A DNA stretch of 64,000 nucleotides from Selaginella moellendorffii (taxonomy: Eukaryota; Plantae; Lycopodiophyta): positions 827,394 through 891,393 of the forward strand of contig NW_003314267.1 in NCBI RefSeq assembly GCF_000143415.4. The letters are read 5' to 3'. How positions within the stretch are numbered: the first letter of the stretch is position 1; every line of letters begins with the position of its first letter. A model generated the notes under the pieces. The model was given only the letters and a program-made list of their open reading frames with translations, searched no databases and had not been told where the DNA came from. The translations under genes were made by a program, and so were the position numbers. Below are positions 47,267-59,395 of this stretch, one piece after another.

Positions 47267-50200
47267 ATGGAAGCCTTGAGCAAGAATGGTGGCCGGATGA
47301 ATGAAGGAGCGCAGCAGCGCGGCGGCATTGACATGTTAGGAATCCCGCGGCCGCAGCTCCCGCGCGACGCCAGGGGATCGCTGGAGGTGTTCCAGCCGCA
47401 GCAGCAAAGATCGGGCGAGAGGGATGCTGGCATCGCCATCGGCGTGGCGGATTCTCGAAATTTCGGCCGAAGCGGTCGCTATGGCGCCCAAGAACAGCAG
47501 GTTTTCGGCGGGAGGTCTGTGGAGAGCACGCTGGATTTGGCGACGACGAATGCCGGGTGGAGGAGATCGCCGTCTGGCTCGGGTTCCAAGAGTCCAGTTT
47601 GCGGCCATTTCCAAGGGGATTTTTCCTCCATCGCCAAGCCGCAGAACGATCGCGCTGCCGCCGAGCGTGCGGCGGAATGGGGGCTGGTTCTCAAGGCCGA
47701 TGTTGGCTCGGGCAAGATCCAAGGCGTGGGGGTCCGGAATAACTCCGGGGACTCCAAGACTAGCGGGAGAAACTCTGGGAGGAGGACTTCGGAGGAGTCT
47801 TCCTCGGATGCTGGCAGCGAGGCCGCGCTTGGGGGTCGGCCTCACATTCCGAGAGTCTCGGAAGATTTGAAGGACGCGCTCTCATCGTTCCAGCAGACGT
47901 TCGTAGTGTGCGATGCGACCGACCCGGAGCTTCCAATTCTCTATGCGAGCGCTGGTTTTTTCAGCATGACGGGATACACTGCCAAGGAAGTGATCGGCCG
48001 AAACTGGTGTGGAAGTGCTACTTGTTGGTTTGATCTCACGGTTTATTTTTGTTTTCCAGTCGATTCTTGCAAGGTACCGAGACGGATCCAGTGGATGTTT
48101 CCAAAATCCGAGTGGCTTTGGAGCAAGGGAAGAGCTTCTGTGGACGGCTGCTAAACTACAAGAAGAATGGAACGCCATTTTGGAATCTCTTGACAATAGC
48201 TCCAATCAAAGACGAAGATGGCAAGGTTCTTAAGTACATCGGGTCAGTTTTCCTCTATTTTCCAATTCACGCCATACTCAGATTGAGTTTCACATGTAGG
48301 ATGCTGGTTGAGGTGAGCCAGTTTACAGAGGGATCTAAAGACAAAGCTGTTCGTCCGAATGGAATGCCAGAGTCTCTGATCAAGTACGATGGTGAGTTAT
48401 CTTATATGTTCCAGCTTCATAAATATGGTTTTGTTTAAAAAGATTTTTGCTGTCGCTGTTGATGTTCAAAAGCTCGACAGAAAGACAGCGTCGTGAGCTC
48501 GGTGTCTGAGCTCGTGGAGGTTTTCTCGACGTCGAAGCGAGACCAGTCCAACGACCACGACCGACGAGCTAGTGCTGGCAAGCTTACAGATGTTCCTGAG
48601 GCTAGTCCCGTGAAGGCGAGCAAGAGAACTCGCAGGTCATCCAGCTTACTGTCCTTTTTGAGGTAAATTTCGTTTTTATTTTCCTGCCAGAGATACCGAC
48701 TGAGTAGATGATGCCAGGCGACATGCGAAGGATTCCGCTGAGATCGATCAATTGACGCTGAAGACTGCCGACAATGTCGACGACTTTCCTGAGGACTTTC
48801 AGAGAAAGAAGGAAATTCGAAGAGGCATCGACCTGGCAACCACATTGGAGCGTATCGAAAAGAACTTTGTCATCACTGATCCCCGTCTCCCCGACAATCC
48901 AATCGTAAGGTCTCAGCCTGTTTTGCGCCGATTCAAATGCAATATTATTACAACCGCAGATTTTTGCATCCGATTCCTTTTTGGAGCTAACGGAGTACAG
49001 CCGAGAGGAAATTCTGGGAAAAAACTGCAGGTCAGGATCAATACTTGACAAGAGTGGTAAAATTTTGATTGAAAAATTACAGATTCTTACAAGGACCCGA
49101 TACGAATCAGGAGACGGTGACTAGAATTCGGTATGCCATTCGGGATCAGAAAAGCATCACTGTTCAACTTCTAAACTACACCAAACGGGGTATGCACTAT
49201 CTGTTCGTGAACTCTCCTCCTAATGTTCTTGTCAATTTAATAGGGAAGCCTTTCTGGAATTTGTTTCACTTGCAACCCATGAGAGACAACAAGGTGCCCT
49301 TGTTTCTGCTGCAAACCATCTAGATACGCTAATCTTGTATATGCATGCAGGGAGAGTTGCAGTACTTTATAGGAGTTCAGCTGGATGGAAGCCAGCATTT
49401 TGACAAAGTTCGCAAGGGGCTTCCTGACAAGGTCGAGCACGAGGGCGTTCAAGTGGTAAGTGCCATATCACAAGCAGGATATTTTGTTCAGCGATCTTAT
49501 GCTGCTGGTTTAGATCCAATCTGCAGCTGGCAACGTGGATACTGCAGTTCGTGAACTCCCAGATGCAAATCAGGTAAAGCTAGATAGAAGAATGATCACC
49601 AAGCTCTCATGTTCTGCTTAACGCTGTGTGTAGAATGTCTTTGAGATTTGGAGGAATTACTCAAAAAAAGTGTGTCCCAAGCCTCACAAGGTTCACAGTA
49701 CTTCCTGGGCAGCCATAAACAAGGTGGAAGCTGTTCAATGAAACACTGGCATTAATTTGCTTTTGACAGGTTGTAAAAAAAGATGGACTCTTGAACTTAC
49801 AGCATTTTCGGCCAGTCAAAGCTCTTGGTTCTGGTGATACCGGAGGGTGAGTACTGTTTTAAACTGAATGTGCCAGCTTAATTTCTGTTTGGGGTTTGTA
49901 GTGTTCATTTAGTGGAGCTACGAGAAACCGGCCAATTTTTTGCTATGAAAGCAATGGAGAAGTCGAGTATGCTCAATCGAAACAAGGTAAATTAACTATC
50001 GACAGAATATATCAACTCCTGCCGTGAAATAGGTTCATAGAACACTCATGGAACGAGACATTTTGGATATGATGGATCACCCTTTTCTTCCAACTCTCTA
50101 TGGATCGTTTGAGGTACACTTTAGATTTTAACATGATCAAATAGTAAAATAATTCTGAAGTGTAGACTGAGGCACATGTATGCTTGATCACGGATTTCTG

Positions 50201-51325
50201 TCCAGGAGGCGAACTCTTTCTTCTTCTAGACAGGCAACCGTCAAAAACATTCAACGAGCCTACTGTTTGGTAACGTTCTTTTGTTACTTTCGCATCTATT
50301 TGGAATTGTTTGGAGCTAACACGCAACTTTGGCTTCAAGTTTCTATGCAGCTGAAGTGGTTGTTGCTCTTGAGTATCTTCATTGCAGAGGTAACTTAGTT
50401 CTGTGCAGCTGACAAAAACATTCAATCTCATGGCCAGGTGTTGTTTACCGAGACCTTAAACCAGAGAACATACTTGTTCAAAGAAATGGCCATCTTTTGC
50501 TCACCGATTTCGATCTCTCATTTGTGAGCAACCCGAGAGCTCAGGTGACTTCTACCAAATTAAGTTCTGAACTAAACTTGGATTCTAGTGTCAGGTTATA
50601 AGACCACCCCCGCCTGCCTCTGAACGACGGAAGAGAAAGAAAGAAGCACCAGTTCCCCCTACGTTTGTCGTGGAGCCTGTTGCAAGATCAAATTCTTTCG
50701 TTGGCACGGAGGAATACATTGCTCCTGTAAGCAGATTTTTTAAAGATGAGAAGTTTGTCATTTTTCTTTCTTTCTGTTTTGCAGGAAGTGATAAATGGTT
50801 CGGGCCACAGCAGTGCCGTGGATTGGTGGGCTCTTGGTAAGCCGACTGTCTCGCATAAAGCTCAAGCTTAACTTCTCCTCAGGAATTCTCTTGTATGAGA
50901 TGCTCGTTGGATGGACTCCGTTCCGGGGTAAAAACAGACAGAAAACTTTTCACAACATTCTCCACAAAGAATTAAAATTTCCTAGCACTGTCCAGGTGGT
51001 AATTTTCTTATCCTTTTATTTAGATATTCTGATGGCATTGATGTCAACCAGGTCAGTCCTTCAGCAAAAGAACTAATCCATAGACTGCTGCAAAAGGACC
51101 CTTCGCAAAGGCTGGGCTCTTCAATGGGAGCGAACGAGATCAAACATCATCCTTTCTTCACTGGGGTGCGCTGGCCCCTTATTCGTTGCAAGGTAGCTAG
51201 TTCGGATTAAAGACTTTTCCTTACCCGGTTTACTGCAGAGCTGTCCGCGACTAGATGCTCCACTTACACTGACCGACGACTTTGTCAAAGGAACGTCTAC
51301 GACAGACGCATTTGCTGTGTTTTAG
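47267..51325 (+). CDS. PHOT: Phototropin (LOV1-LOV2-AGC kinase), ~20 short introns
   Basis: ERAAEWGLV; LOV1 GRNC|RFLQG; LOV2 GKNC|RFLQG; J-alpha AVRELPDAN; kinase [33 protein letters not shown]. The junctions examined join in frame. Confidence 0.97.
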
Positions 51326-51610
51326 ATCATAACTTGTCGGTATGTCCTCTAACGAAAACGTCTGTGCATTAGATGCCACCTGCACGGAGAAGTTGTATGA
51401 TAACAGTAGAGAGCCAATACGGTAATCCGCAATCGTTCTTCTCATTCTCCAGTTAAAAATTGAGGCCAAGTGGCAGGCACCATAGTGGGTTTGTCATGAT
51501 GCGGTGTTGGTAGTGCTCGATGTCACATTTCCTAAAGCCAGGTTTGTGCTGTTCATCATATCGTTCTTCCTATAAGTGTGTCTAACTCGGTGCAACATTC
51601 AGAGGTAACG

Positions 51611-52770
51611 ATGCTTCTTGCACGAGGCTTGTGCGTTTTAACAATCGCTCTTGTAGTTCTATGCGACGAGGGCCCTGCATTGAATTATTCTTACTATGCT
51701 AAGACATGTCCCCGGGCTGAATCCATTGTCAGCTCCAGCATCAGAACGTTTTTAAGGCGGGACAGGAGTGAAGTCGCCGGGCTGCTGCGAATATTTTTCC
51801 ACGACTGCTTCGTTCAGGCAAGTTATTCGTTTGGTTTTCAAGTTGATTCAGGTAAATGCAAAAATCTTGCAGGGATGTGACGCGTCTGTTCTTCTCATGG
51901 GCCTCAACGGCAAAGAGTCCGAGCAGCAGGCAGTTCCAAATCTAACTCTACGCCCAAAATCCTTGCAAGCGATCACCGACATCAAGGCACGTCTAGAAAA
52001 GGCTTGCCCCGGGACTGTCTCGTGCGCAGATATAATCGCATTAGCCACCCGAGACGCTGTCAACGAGGTAAGCTTTCCAACGTCCTTGTTTATGCTCTTG
52101 GCTTGTAATTTCCTCTACTTAGGCTGGCGGCCCCTGGTTCCCTCTCCCCACCGGTCGCAAAGACAGCAAAAGCTTTGCAAGTGTGCAGGAGACCCTCAAC
52201 AACTTGCCTCCACCGTCTTTCAACGCCTCTGAGCTGCTGGAGAGCTTCCAAAGCAAGGGGTTGAACGCTACTGATCTCGTCGCTCTGTCAGGTAAGTTTG
52301 CTCGAGAGTTTAAAAGAGCCGCTCTAATGCATTGAATCTAAACAGGTGCTCACACGGTCGGCAAAGCCCACTGCCCGACGTTCTCCGGCCGCTTGCGTCC
52401 ATCGCTGGACCCCGACTTGGACATAAATTTCGCCCAAAAGCTGGCGGCGACTTGCCGGGAAGGCGACGACGACTTCGCGACCTCAAACTCCACGGATCTC
52501 GACAGCTCCACTCCAAACCGATTCGACAACGCGTACTACAGGAACCTGTTGGGGAAGAAGGGGCTTCTCACCTCGGACCAGCAGCTGTTCGTGGACAATC
52601 GCACGAGCAGCCTGGTGGAAGCGTTCGCGCGCAGCCAGCGCTCCTTCTTCTCGCAGTTTGCGGCGTCGTTCGTCAAGCTCAGCAAGATCCAAGTGCTCAC
52701 TGGGAGCGAGGGGGAGGTCCGGATCAATTGCTCCGTTGCCAATCCATCGCGAATGCTCTACGATGCTTGA
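51611..52770 (+). CDS. Class III secretory peroxidase, 4 exons
   Basis: Signal peptide, LLRIFFHDCFVQ|GCDASVLL, VSCADIIALA, TGRKDS, DLVALSG|AHTVGKAHC, FDNAYY, LLTSDQ, GEVRINC. Confidence 0.96.
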
Positions 52771-52945
52771 AATCTACATTAAATTTTTGGTGGTGTATAG
52801 TTTTGGTGTATTTGTCAATGTATGTTTTTGATTGACAGTGATTTTGTTTAAAGGTACTTTGATATATGGTGCGAAGAATGAGAATGGAAAAAAAAAAGAG
52901 AGGGGATTTTTCATTCATTGATTCATATTATAAGCTTTTTTACTT

Positions 52946-53532
52946 TTAGTGGAGAGAGGTGGTGAAGGAAACAGTCTCCAGAGGGCTTCCGCAGTGGTAC
53001 TGCCGGATGATATCGGCCAAAGAGAGAACAAGGCGGCTGTCCATGGGCTTCACCAAGGGATTTCTTTGCGGGACGAGCACGAAATCATACGTGTGGTTCC
53101 TCGCGCTCGAAGGACTCGGGTATGGGATGTTGTGGCTGGTGTTGGAAGGAGCAACGTAAGGCTCGAGAATGCTGGCCGTCACAGCTCCTGGTCAAGCAGC
53201 AGATTCAACATGGATCATGGAAGAACGTTCAAGAACTTACCAGAGGTGCCGGCTGGAATGTTCGCAATCCAATAGTTGATGTAAGGATAGACCTTGGAGG
53301 GAGCTACCAGTGCTCGTTGGTCCGCCATCACCACCGAAAAGAGACGAGCGGTGCCATTCCCGCGGAAGCCTTGGATATCAATTGTGGGAGGTGAGTCAGT
53401 GCTGCTCAAGGGGATAAAATTGCCATTCGCCACAGTGGTAGAGCCATACTGGACGAGAAGACCCACGGCGACGTCCGCAAACAAACAGCACACAAGAGCA
53501 AAAGACACTACTGGAGATGAGAAAGATGCCAT
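52946..53532 (-). CDS. Secreted PEBP-like (phosphatidylethanolamine-binding fold) protein, 2 exons
   Basis: Signal peptide; L.VQYG..V.NG..I......PP.I; LFSVVMAD; YWIANIPAG; YPSPSS..NHTYDFVL..Q; GSPLETVSF. One GT-AG intron (~53189-53241) joins ORFs 53215-53583 and 52946-53182. Confidence 0.75.
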
Positions 53533-54219
53533 TGGAATTTGATGTACAAGGATGGATCGTCCATGGTTTTTATACAATGCCATAATCTAAATTCGTGCCA
53601 GGTCTCTAATAAAGGTTATAATCTAAAATATCATTTCGATTTTGTAATTCCAGCGGCTCCCATTCTTTTAGATTAATTTTGAGTCAATGTCAAAACATCT
53701 TTTAATTACTCTGATTGTAAGTATATTGTAAGCACTTTCACTCTAGATCTTCATGACTTATAACAAGCTATTTTATTGATGTTTCAGGCAAGTGTCTAGA
53801 GTGAATCTCCCCAAGTTTCCTGCAAGCTCTCTGTGCCCTGAGCGTTCTCAAGTAGCTCCACCAAAATCTCTTCGTCCTCTCGAACTCCCAATCTTTGGCA
53901 CCTTTCCCACTCCCAAATCCCCTCCACAGCATCCCAAAAACTTTGCATGCCTTTGATTCCTCCTACACTTCGGGCCCGATCCAGCTGAAACTTCAAAGCT
54001 GGTTCATCCCTTCGTCTGTGAGATCCTTGCAAACGTTCCATGGCTTGACTTGCAAGTTATATCCTTCCACGTCAATGGTTCTTACATTTGTTAGTTCCAA
54101 AAACCGCCACCTCACACTTTCCATCACCTTTCCTGTGAACCCTAAACTTTCATGCACAAAAAAAGCGATTATTTCATTATTTTACCACATACATTATTTA
54201 CCATATATACAACATCGTT

Positions 54220-55833
54220 CTATGCTTCTAGAGCTGGTACGTCAAACAGGACGTGCATGGCCATGGCGGAGCTCAAGGTGAGCATCACCAGTATTCTTCC
54301 AGCCACGTCTTTGCAGGCTTCGCTAACCCATGCCCAGAATCTGGCAAGTCGCCCAGGTTTGCGCGTGATGCCGCCGCTCGGGTTCTCTCGTCCGCCATGG
54401 TCCTCCACCACCTCCGCCAAGTTGTAGCTCCTGGCGTCTCTCTCGCGCCTCGTGAGGCCCCGGAGCTGGAGGTTTCCCCGGAGATATGGCGAGAGGACTC
54501 CCAGGAACACGTCGAAGAAGGAATGGATCGCCTCCGACGTTACCGTCCCGGCGACGTCGATCAGGAGCTTCCTGTTGCTGGGAACCGCCAGCGTCCTGGA
54601 GATCCCGTCCACCCAGTTTGGCAGCACGTTGATCCTGGAGCTCCCGCGACTGCTCGTCACGAGTATCATGTTGGCCTGGCCTTCCAGTTCCTCCAAGGAG
54701 CTCGGAGCTGCTGTCTTGCAAGTTTTCTCGGAGGCTGCCAGGGAATCGCTCTCGCTAGCCGCTCCAAGGCCGTCATTGAAACAATCCACTGTCTTGACAA
54801 GCTCCTTCACGACCTCTTTCTTGAGATGCTCTTGGGCGCCGGCTTCTCCTGTGGGAGGACTGGAGCTCAAAACTTCGTGCGAGGTTCTCACGAAGGTCTC
54901 CACTGCGCTGCTGCAAACTGAGCTAAAGAGATCCTTCACAGCAGCCTGGTGGCTCGGCTTAGTCACCCCAGCCACCACCTCTTCGTAAAAGTTCACGTCC
55001 TTGGTCTTCTCCAGGAAAACCGTCACGGCCGTGCCAACAAAAGCCTCGATGCAAGCCGCGACGAAGGACCTTCCTCGGTTGCTGGAGCACAGGTCGAGCA
55101 AAGTATCCGACGCCTCAAATGGAAATGGCTGTTCTAATCCCTGTTCCGGAGGACAAACATCTGGAGCCAATCCTCTCGAGTCCCAGTTCGATCGGTTGTG
55201 CTGAATCTGTAAGCCTTCCAGTATAGAGAGAATCGTGTTTCTAGCCACTGAGCCGAGAACCGCCGAAGCAAATCCCTTGCCAGGATCGCTGAAGATTTTG
55301 TGGAGTACCCTCTCGGGGAGCCGATCTTCTTGCTTGAGACTGGAACACTCCATGCTGCTATCGCATTCCTCACCACCATTCTGGAACTTTGCATTTCCAT
55401 CCCTGGACCGGCTACCTTTCTCGTGGCTTTGTCGTCCATTCCTTCTTCTAGAAACAGAGAATTCATCGCTACCGGCATCCGCTACGCTTCTAACCAGCCC
55501 CCTTGAAACGCAGGAAGAAAAGGCCGTGAGAGCGTCCTGGAATTCTCTACAATTGGCGATCTTGAGGCCCTGTTTGAGGCTCCGGGGGACCTCGTCGTCG
55601 TCCGAGAGGAGGAAATTTCTAAGATCGCCAGCCAAGAGCGAGGTGGAGTCGATTCCCATGGCAAACACCTCGATCATTTGCACAAAACTGTCGATCAGCG
55701 ATGCCACTCTCCTCCTCTTGCGCGTGACGAAGGACGATTTGTATACCTTGTAGGACGCGTAGCCGCCGACCCCAGCGGCGGCAGCGAGAAGGAGGATTCT
55801 CTTGCGGCGCCTGGCGGACAGCACCATTTCCAT
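54220..55833 (-). CDS. PHLOEM PROTEIN 2-LIKE A10 (At1g10150-like) protein, intronless
   Basis: SARRRKRILL..GGYASYKVY, FLLSDDDEVPRSLKQ..KIA, GKGFASAVLGSVARN, TKDVNFYE, AVETFVRTSH, TLAVPSNRK..DVAGTVT. Confidence 0.85.
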   Translation of the reverse strand: MEMVLSARRRKRILLLAAAAGVGGYASYKVYKSSFVTRKRRRVASLIDSFVQMIEVFAMGIDSTSLLAGDLRNFLLSDDDEVPRSLKQGLKIANCREFQDALTAFSSCVSRGLVRSVADAGSDEFSVSRRRNGRQSHEKGSRSRDGNAKFQNGGEECDSSMECSSLKQEDRLPERVLHKIFSDPGKGFASAVLGSVARNTILSILEGLQIQHNRSNWDSRGLAPDVCPPEQGLEQPFPFEASDTLLDLCSSNRGRSFVAACIEAFVGTAVTVFLEKTKDVNFYEEVVAGVTKPSHQAAVKDLFSSVCSSAVETFVRTSHEVLSSSPPTGEAGAQEHLKKEVVKELVKTVDCFNDGLGAASESDSLAASEKTCKTAAPSSLEELEGQANMILVTSSRGSSRINVLPNWVDGISRTLAVPSNRKLLIDVAGTVTSEAIHSFFDVFLGVLSPYLRGNLQLRGLTRRERDARSYNLAEVVEDHGGRENPSGGITRKPGRLARFWAWVSEACKDVAGRILVMLTLSSAMAMHVLFDVPALEA

Positions 55834-55941
55834 GGCTCCGCGAAACCCTAGCGCTCCGCCCTAGCTGTAGAAAAGAAAAAGTTTTAAAAGGCTCTCAAGG
55901 GGGAAAGGAATATCCTGTTCTAGAGGGAAAAGAGTGGCGCC
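55834..55941. promoter_or_regulatory. 108-bp divergent spacer with telo-box
   Basis: ATGs at 55833 (-) and 55942 (+); aaaccctag at 55843-55851. Confidence 0.55.
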
Positions 55942-57914
55942 ATGTTGAGAAGAGGCGCTGCTAGGTTTCGATCGGGAGCGCCGGCGATCGCTGCCCGAGC
56001 GCTCCTTTCTCAGCGATTCAGCGGCGCTTCCTTCTGTAGCTCCAGTGCTGCGATCGATCAAGGGGTTAGAAGAGATTTTGGTGTCTAGGTCGTGAATCGC
56101 CTTGATTTCTCTGTTTTTTTGTCAGGCTGGAAGCTCCCAATCAAGCAGCGAGCCCTATGATGTGGTGATCGTCGGCGGGGGAATGGTCGGAGCGGCTGTG
56201 GCTTGTGGCCTAGGTGAGGTCTTTTTTCTTCACCCCTGGATTTACTTTGCGTGGAAATTTCTATCAGTGAGCTCTCCACTGACGAGATCACTTAAGATCG
56301 CTGTGATCGATGGAAGTCCTATATCTTTTGATAAGGTGAAGAAGAGCGATATCCCAGACCCTCGCGTCAGCTCCATCACTCCCGCGACTGTCTCTTTTTG
56401 CAAAGGTTAGTTTTTTTCTTCGCTACATGTCTTGGAATAACTTTGCTTTTTAGATATCGGTACATGGGATGATTTGAAGTCGAAGGTGGCTCCATTCGAC
56501 TCAATGCAGGTATTTCTCTTTATCCTGCCTTTGAATTTTCGTTTCGTTTTGTGTTGAATTCCTTGCTTTCTCAGGTCTGGGATTATGCTGGCCTGGGTTA
56601 TACACGCTACAACGCAGCTGACGTTGATGAGCCTGTTCTCGGGTATGCCATTTTCTTTTCGTTGTCGTTTGAAGTGAAACTTTAACCCTTCGGTATTCAT
56701 GCGCAACAGATATGTTGTGGAAAATGGCATTCTCGTTTCCTCTCTTCGTGCGCGATTACAGGTTTCTTTAACGTAAAGCTCCATCACTCATCGACAGTGT
56801 TTCTTTCTCTTTTGTTTTCATCAGGGTTCAGACGTTGATCTGTTATGTCCAACGCAAGTTGATTCTGTGATCTTTCCACATCGAGTAGGCGGTTTGCCGG
56901 AAGAAGAGGGATCCAACTGGGCTCATGTAAGTCTCAAAGATGGCCGTTCCATAGCAACGCGGCTTGTGGTAAGTACTTTGGTTCAGGAAAAAGAAAGACA
57001 CGATCTCGACTTTTTCTTTTCAGGTTGGAGCTGATGGTGGGAAGTCCAAGGTTCGGAAAATGGCTGGCATCAGTACGACTGGGTGGGATTACATGCAAGA
57101 GGGCCTGATTTGTACAGTTCGAGTTGATGAGCACCATTCCACGGCATGGCAACGATTTCTACCGACGGGTCCGCTGGCCTTACTTCCAATGAACGACGAT
57201 TTCAGCAACATAGTTTGGTCTACAACTCCCAAGAAAGCAAAGGAGCTGAAGAGCCTACCCAGCGAAGACTTCGTGAACGCTGTCAACAATGCTCTGACCA
57301 AGGACTTCTCTCCGCCACCCAAGTCGGGATTCGCAGAGGTTTTGACGAACAGGTTCCTGTCGCCGTATTTTGGAAACTTAGCGCCGTCAGCCACAGAAGA
57401 GTTCCAGTTCCCGGTGAAGGTGAAATCAGTGGAGACGGACAGGCTTTCGTTCCCGCTCTCGCTCTCTCACGCTCGAAGCTACGCTGCTCCCCGTGTGGTT
57501 CTCGTCGGTGATGCGGCGCACACCGTCCATCCTCTTGCTGGACAGGGCGTCAACCTTGGCTTTGGAGACGCTGCTGCTCTTATCAAAGTCTTGGAAAAGG
57601 GAGTGAGATGTGGTCTTGACGTGGGAGAGGTAAGCACACCTCCTTCAAAGCTCTTGCCTGTTTTACAACTCACCCTTTTGTTCCAGATCTCGCTTCTCAA
57701 CGAGTACGAGAACACTCGCAAGTTTGCCAATCTTCCCATGATGGCCGTGCTCGACGGCTTCCAGCGGATTTTCTCCACCGACTCGGGGCCCGTGAACGCT
57801 CTTCGAGCTGCGGGATTTAACTTGGTGCAATCCTTTGGTCCCTTGAAGAAGCTCGTCATCTCGTCGGCTATGAGCAACGGCTTTAGTGGGCTTCCCGGGC
57901 TTCTTCGCATCTAG
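55942..57914 (+). CDS. COQ6: Ubiquinone biosynthesis FAD monooxygenase COQ6, mitochondrial, multi-exon
   Basis: Arg/Ala/Ser-rich presequence, YDVVIVGGGMVG, PDPRVSSITP, VGADGGKS.VR, AWQRFLPTGPLALLP, LVGDAAHTVHPLAGQGVNLGFGD. Confidence 0.95.
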
Positions 57915-58024
57915 TAAACTTCCCAATCCCAAGGACGCTCCTTTTTTTTCGTATTTGGCGGCATATTCACTGAATCTCCTTTCTCTTTTTTCTTTTTCTG
58001 ATCTTCACTAGGTCTCGTAAGCTG

Positions 58025-59395
58025 ATGGCTCTATTCGATGGGAGGGCGACTGCGGTGGAGGTGATGGATGGGATCCGCCTGGATTCCAAGGTCGCCATCG
58101 TCACAGGTAGATCCTTTCGATCGTTTTTTTCCGCTGCTACTCGAAGCTCTACAATTTTTCTAGGTGCCAATGGAGGTATTGGATTTGAGACCGTGAGAGC
58201 TCTCGCGATCAAAGGCGCCCATGTCATTCTCGCTTGCCGGAATCTAAAGTCCGCGGAGGCTGCAAAAGCTTCCATTTTGAGAGAGGAGCCGGACGTCCAG
58301 CTCACTGTTCTTCGCCTGGATCTCAGCTCTCTTGCCTCGGTTCGTGAGTTTGTGGAGGAGTTTAAGTCTCTCAAGCTTCCTTTGCATATCCTGATGTAAG
58401 TTTCTTCTCACTTTTTTGTTTTCATAGCTTTTCTATCAGCCCATCTCATGACGCTGTGGATGATTTCATGAAGCAACAATGCAGGTCTAGCGTCCAGCGA
58501 GTTCATGCTCACGGTGGATAACTTGGAAATCACATTTGCGACAAACCATGTTGGTAAGCTCAAGGTCCACTCTTTCGCGATTTTGCGATGGTGATTTTTT
58601 TGGTTTCCAGGACACTTTCTTCTCACGAACTTGCTCCTCGACTTGATGATCAGTACTGCCTTGGAGAGCAACTGTGAGGGGCGGATCGTGATAGTCGCGT
58701 CGAGACAACACGAGAGTGCCAGAGGCATCAATTTTGACAGCCTTCACAAGAAAAGCTGGCTGCAGTCCTTGCCGCTCGTAAAAAGGCAATCCAGTCATGT
58801 AAGATTCTTTTGGCAGCAAATTCTAACACTTTGCGTCTGGCAGCTACCACGGGTTGTGCTCGGTGTACGCTCAATCCAAGCTCGCCAACGTTTTACACGC
58901 GAAGGAGCTCGCACGTCTTCTTAAGGTTTTCTCTACACTAGTCACTTCCTCGTTTCTGGCATAACTCTACGGTGGTGTAGGAACGGGGAGCGAATGTAAC
59001 AGTGAACTCTTTGCATCCCGGAGTGATTCACACAAACATTGTTCGCAACTTCTTCAAGCCCGCCGAGTGTAAGATCCAGGAGTTTGTTTCGATCTTTTTC
59101 TAACTCTCTCTCTTCGTACAGATATGTATAACGCGTTCCCTGGAATGTTTAAAACCATGGAACAGGTACTTCGATCGATTCATTTTTTTCTTTCGCGACC
59201 ATTCTTTGTTGTTCTTCTTTTGTGATTTCCCAGGGAGCAGCGACTACTTGTTATGTGGCGGCTCATCCAGATTTAAATGGCGTCTCCGGGAAATACTTCG
59301 TGGATTGCAAAGAAGCTCCTTGTAGCCAATATGCCAACGATCCAGAACTCGCGAAACATCTCTGGAAGTACAGCGAGGAACTCGTGAGATCCTAG
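58025..59395 (+). CDS. Short-chain dehydrogenase/reductase, Tic32-like, multi-exon
   Basis: AIVT|[28 protein letters not shown]|[45 protein letters not shown]. Confidence 0.93.

Noticed and set aside
47267-47860. Neochrome-like chimeric photoreceptor
   Set aside because: No phytochrome PAS-GAF-PHY region; the N-terminus is a normal phototropin extension and the gene is intron-rich.
53760-54110. Coding-like minus-strand fragment (MESVRWRFLELTNVRTIDVEG..), faintly DWNN/ubiquitin-like
   Set aside because: Interrupted by stops, and the similarity is too weak to call without a search.
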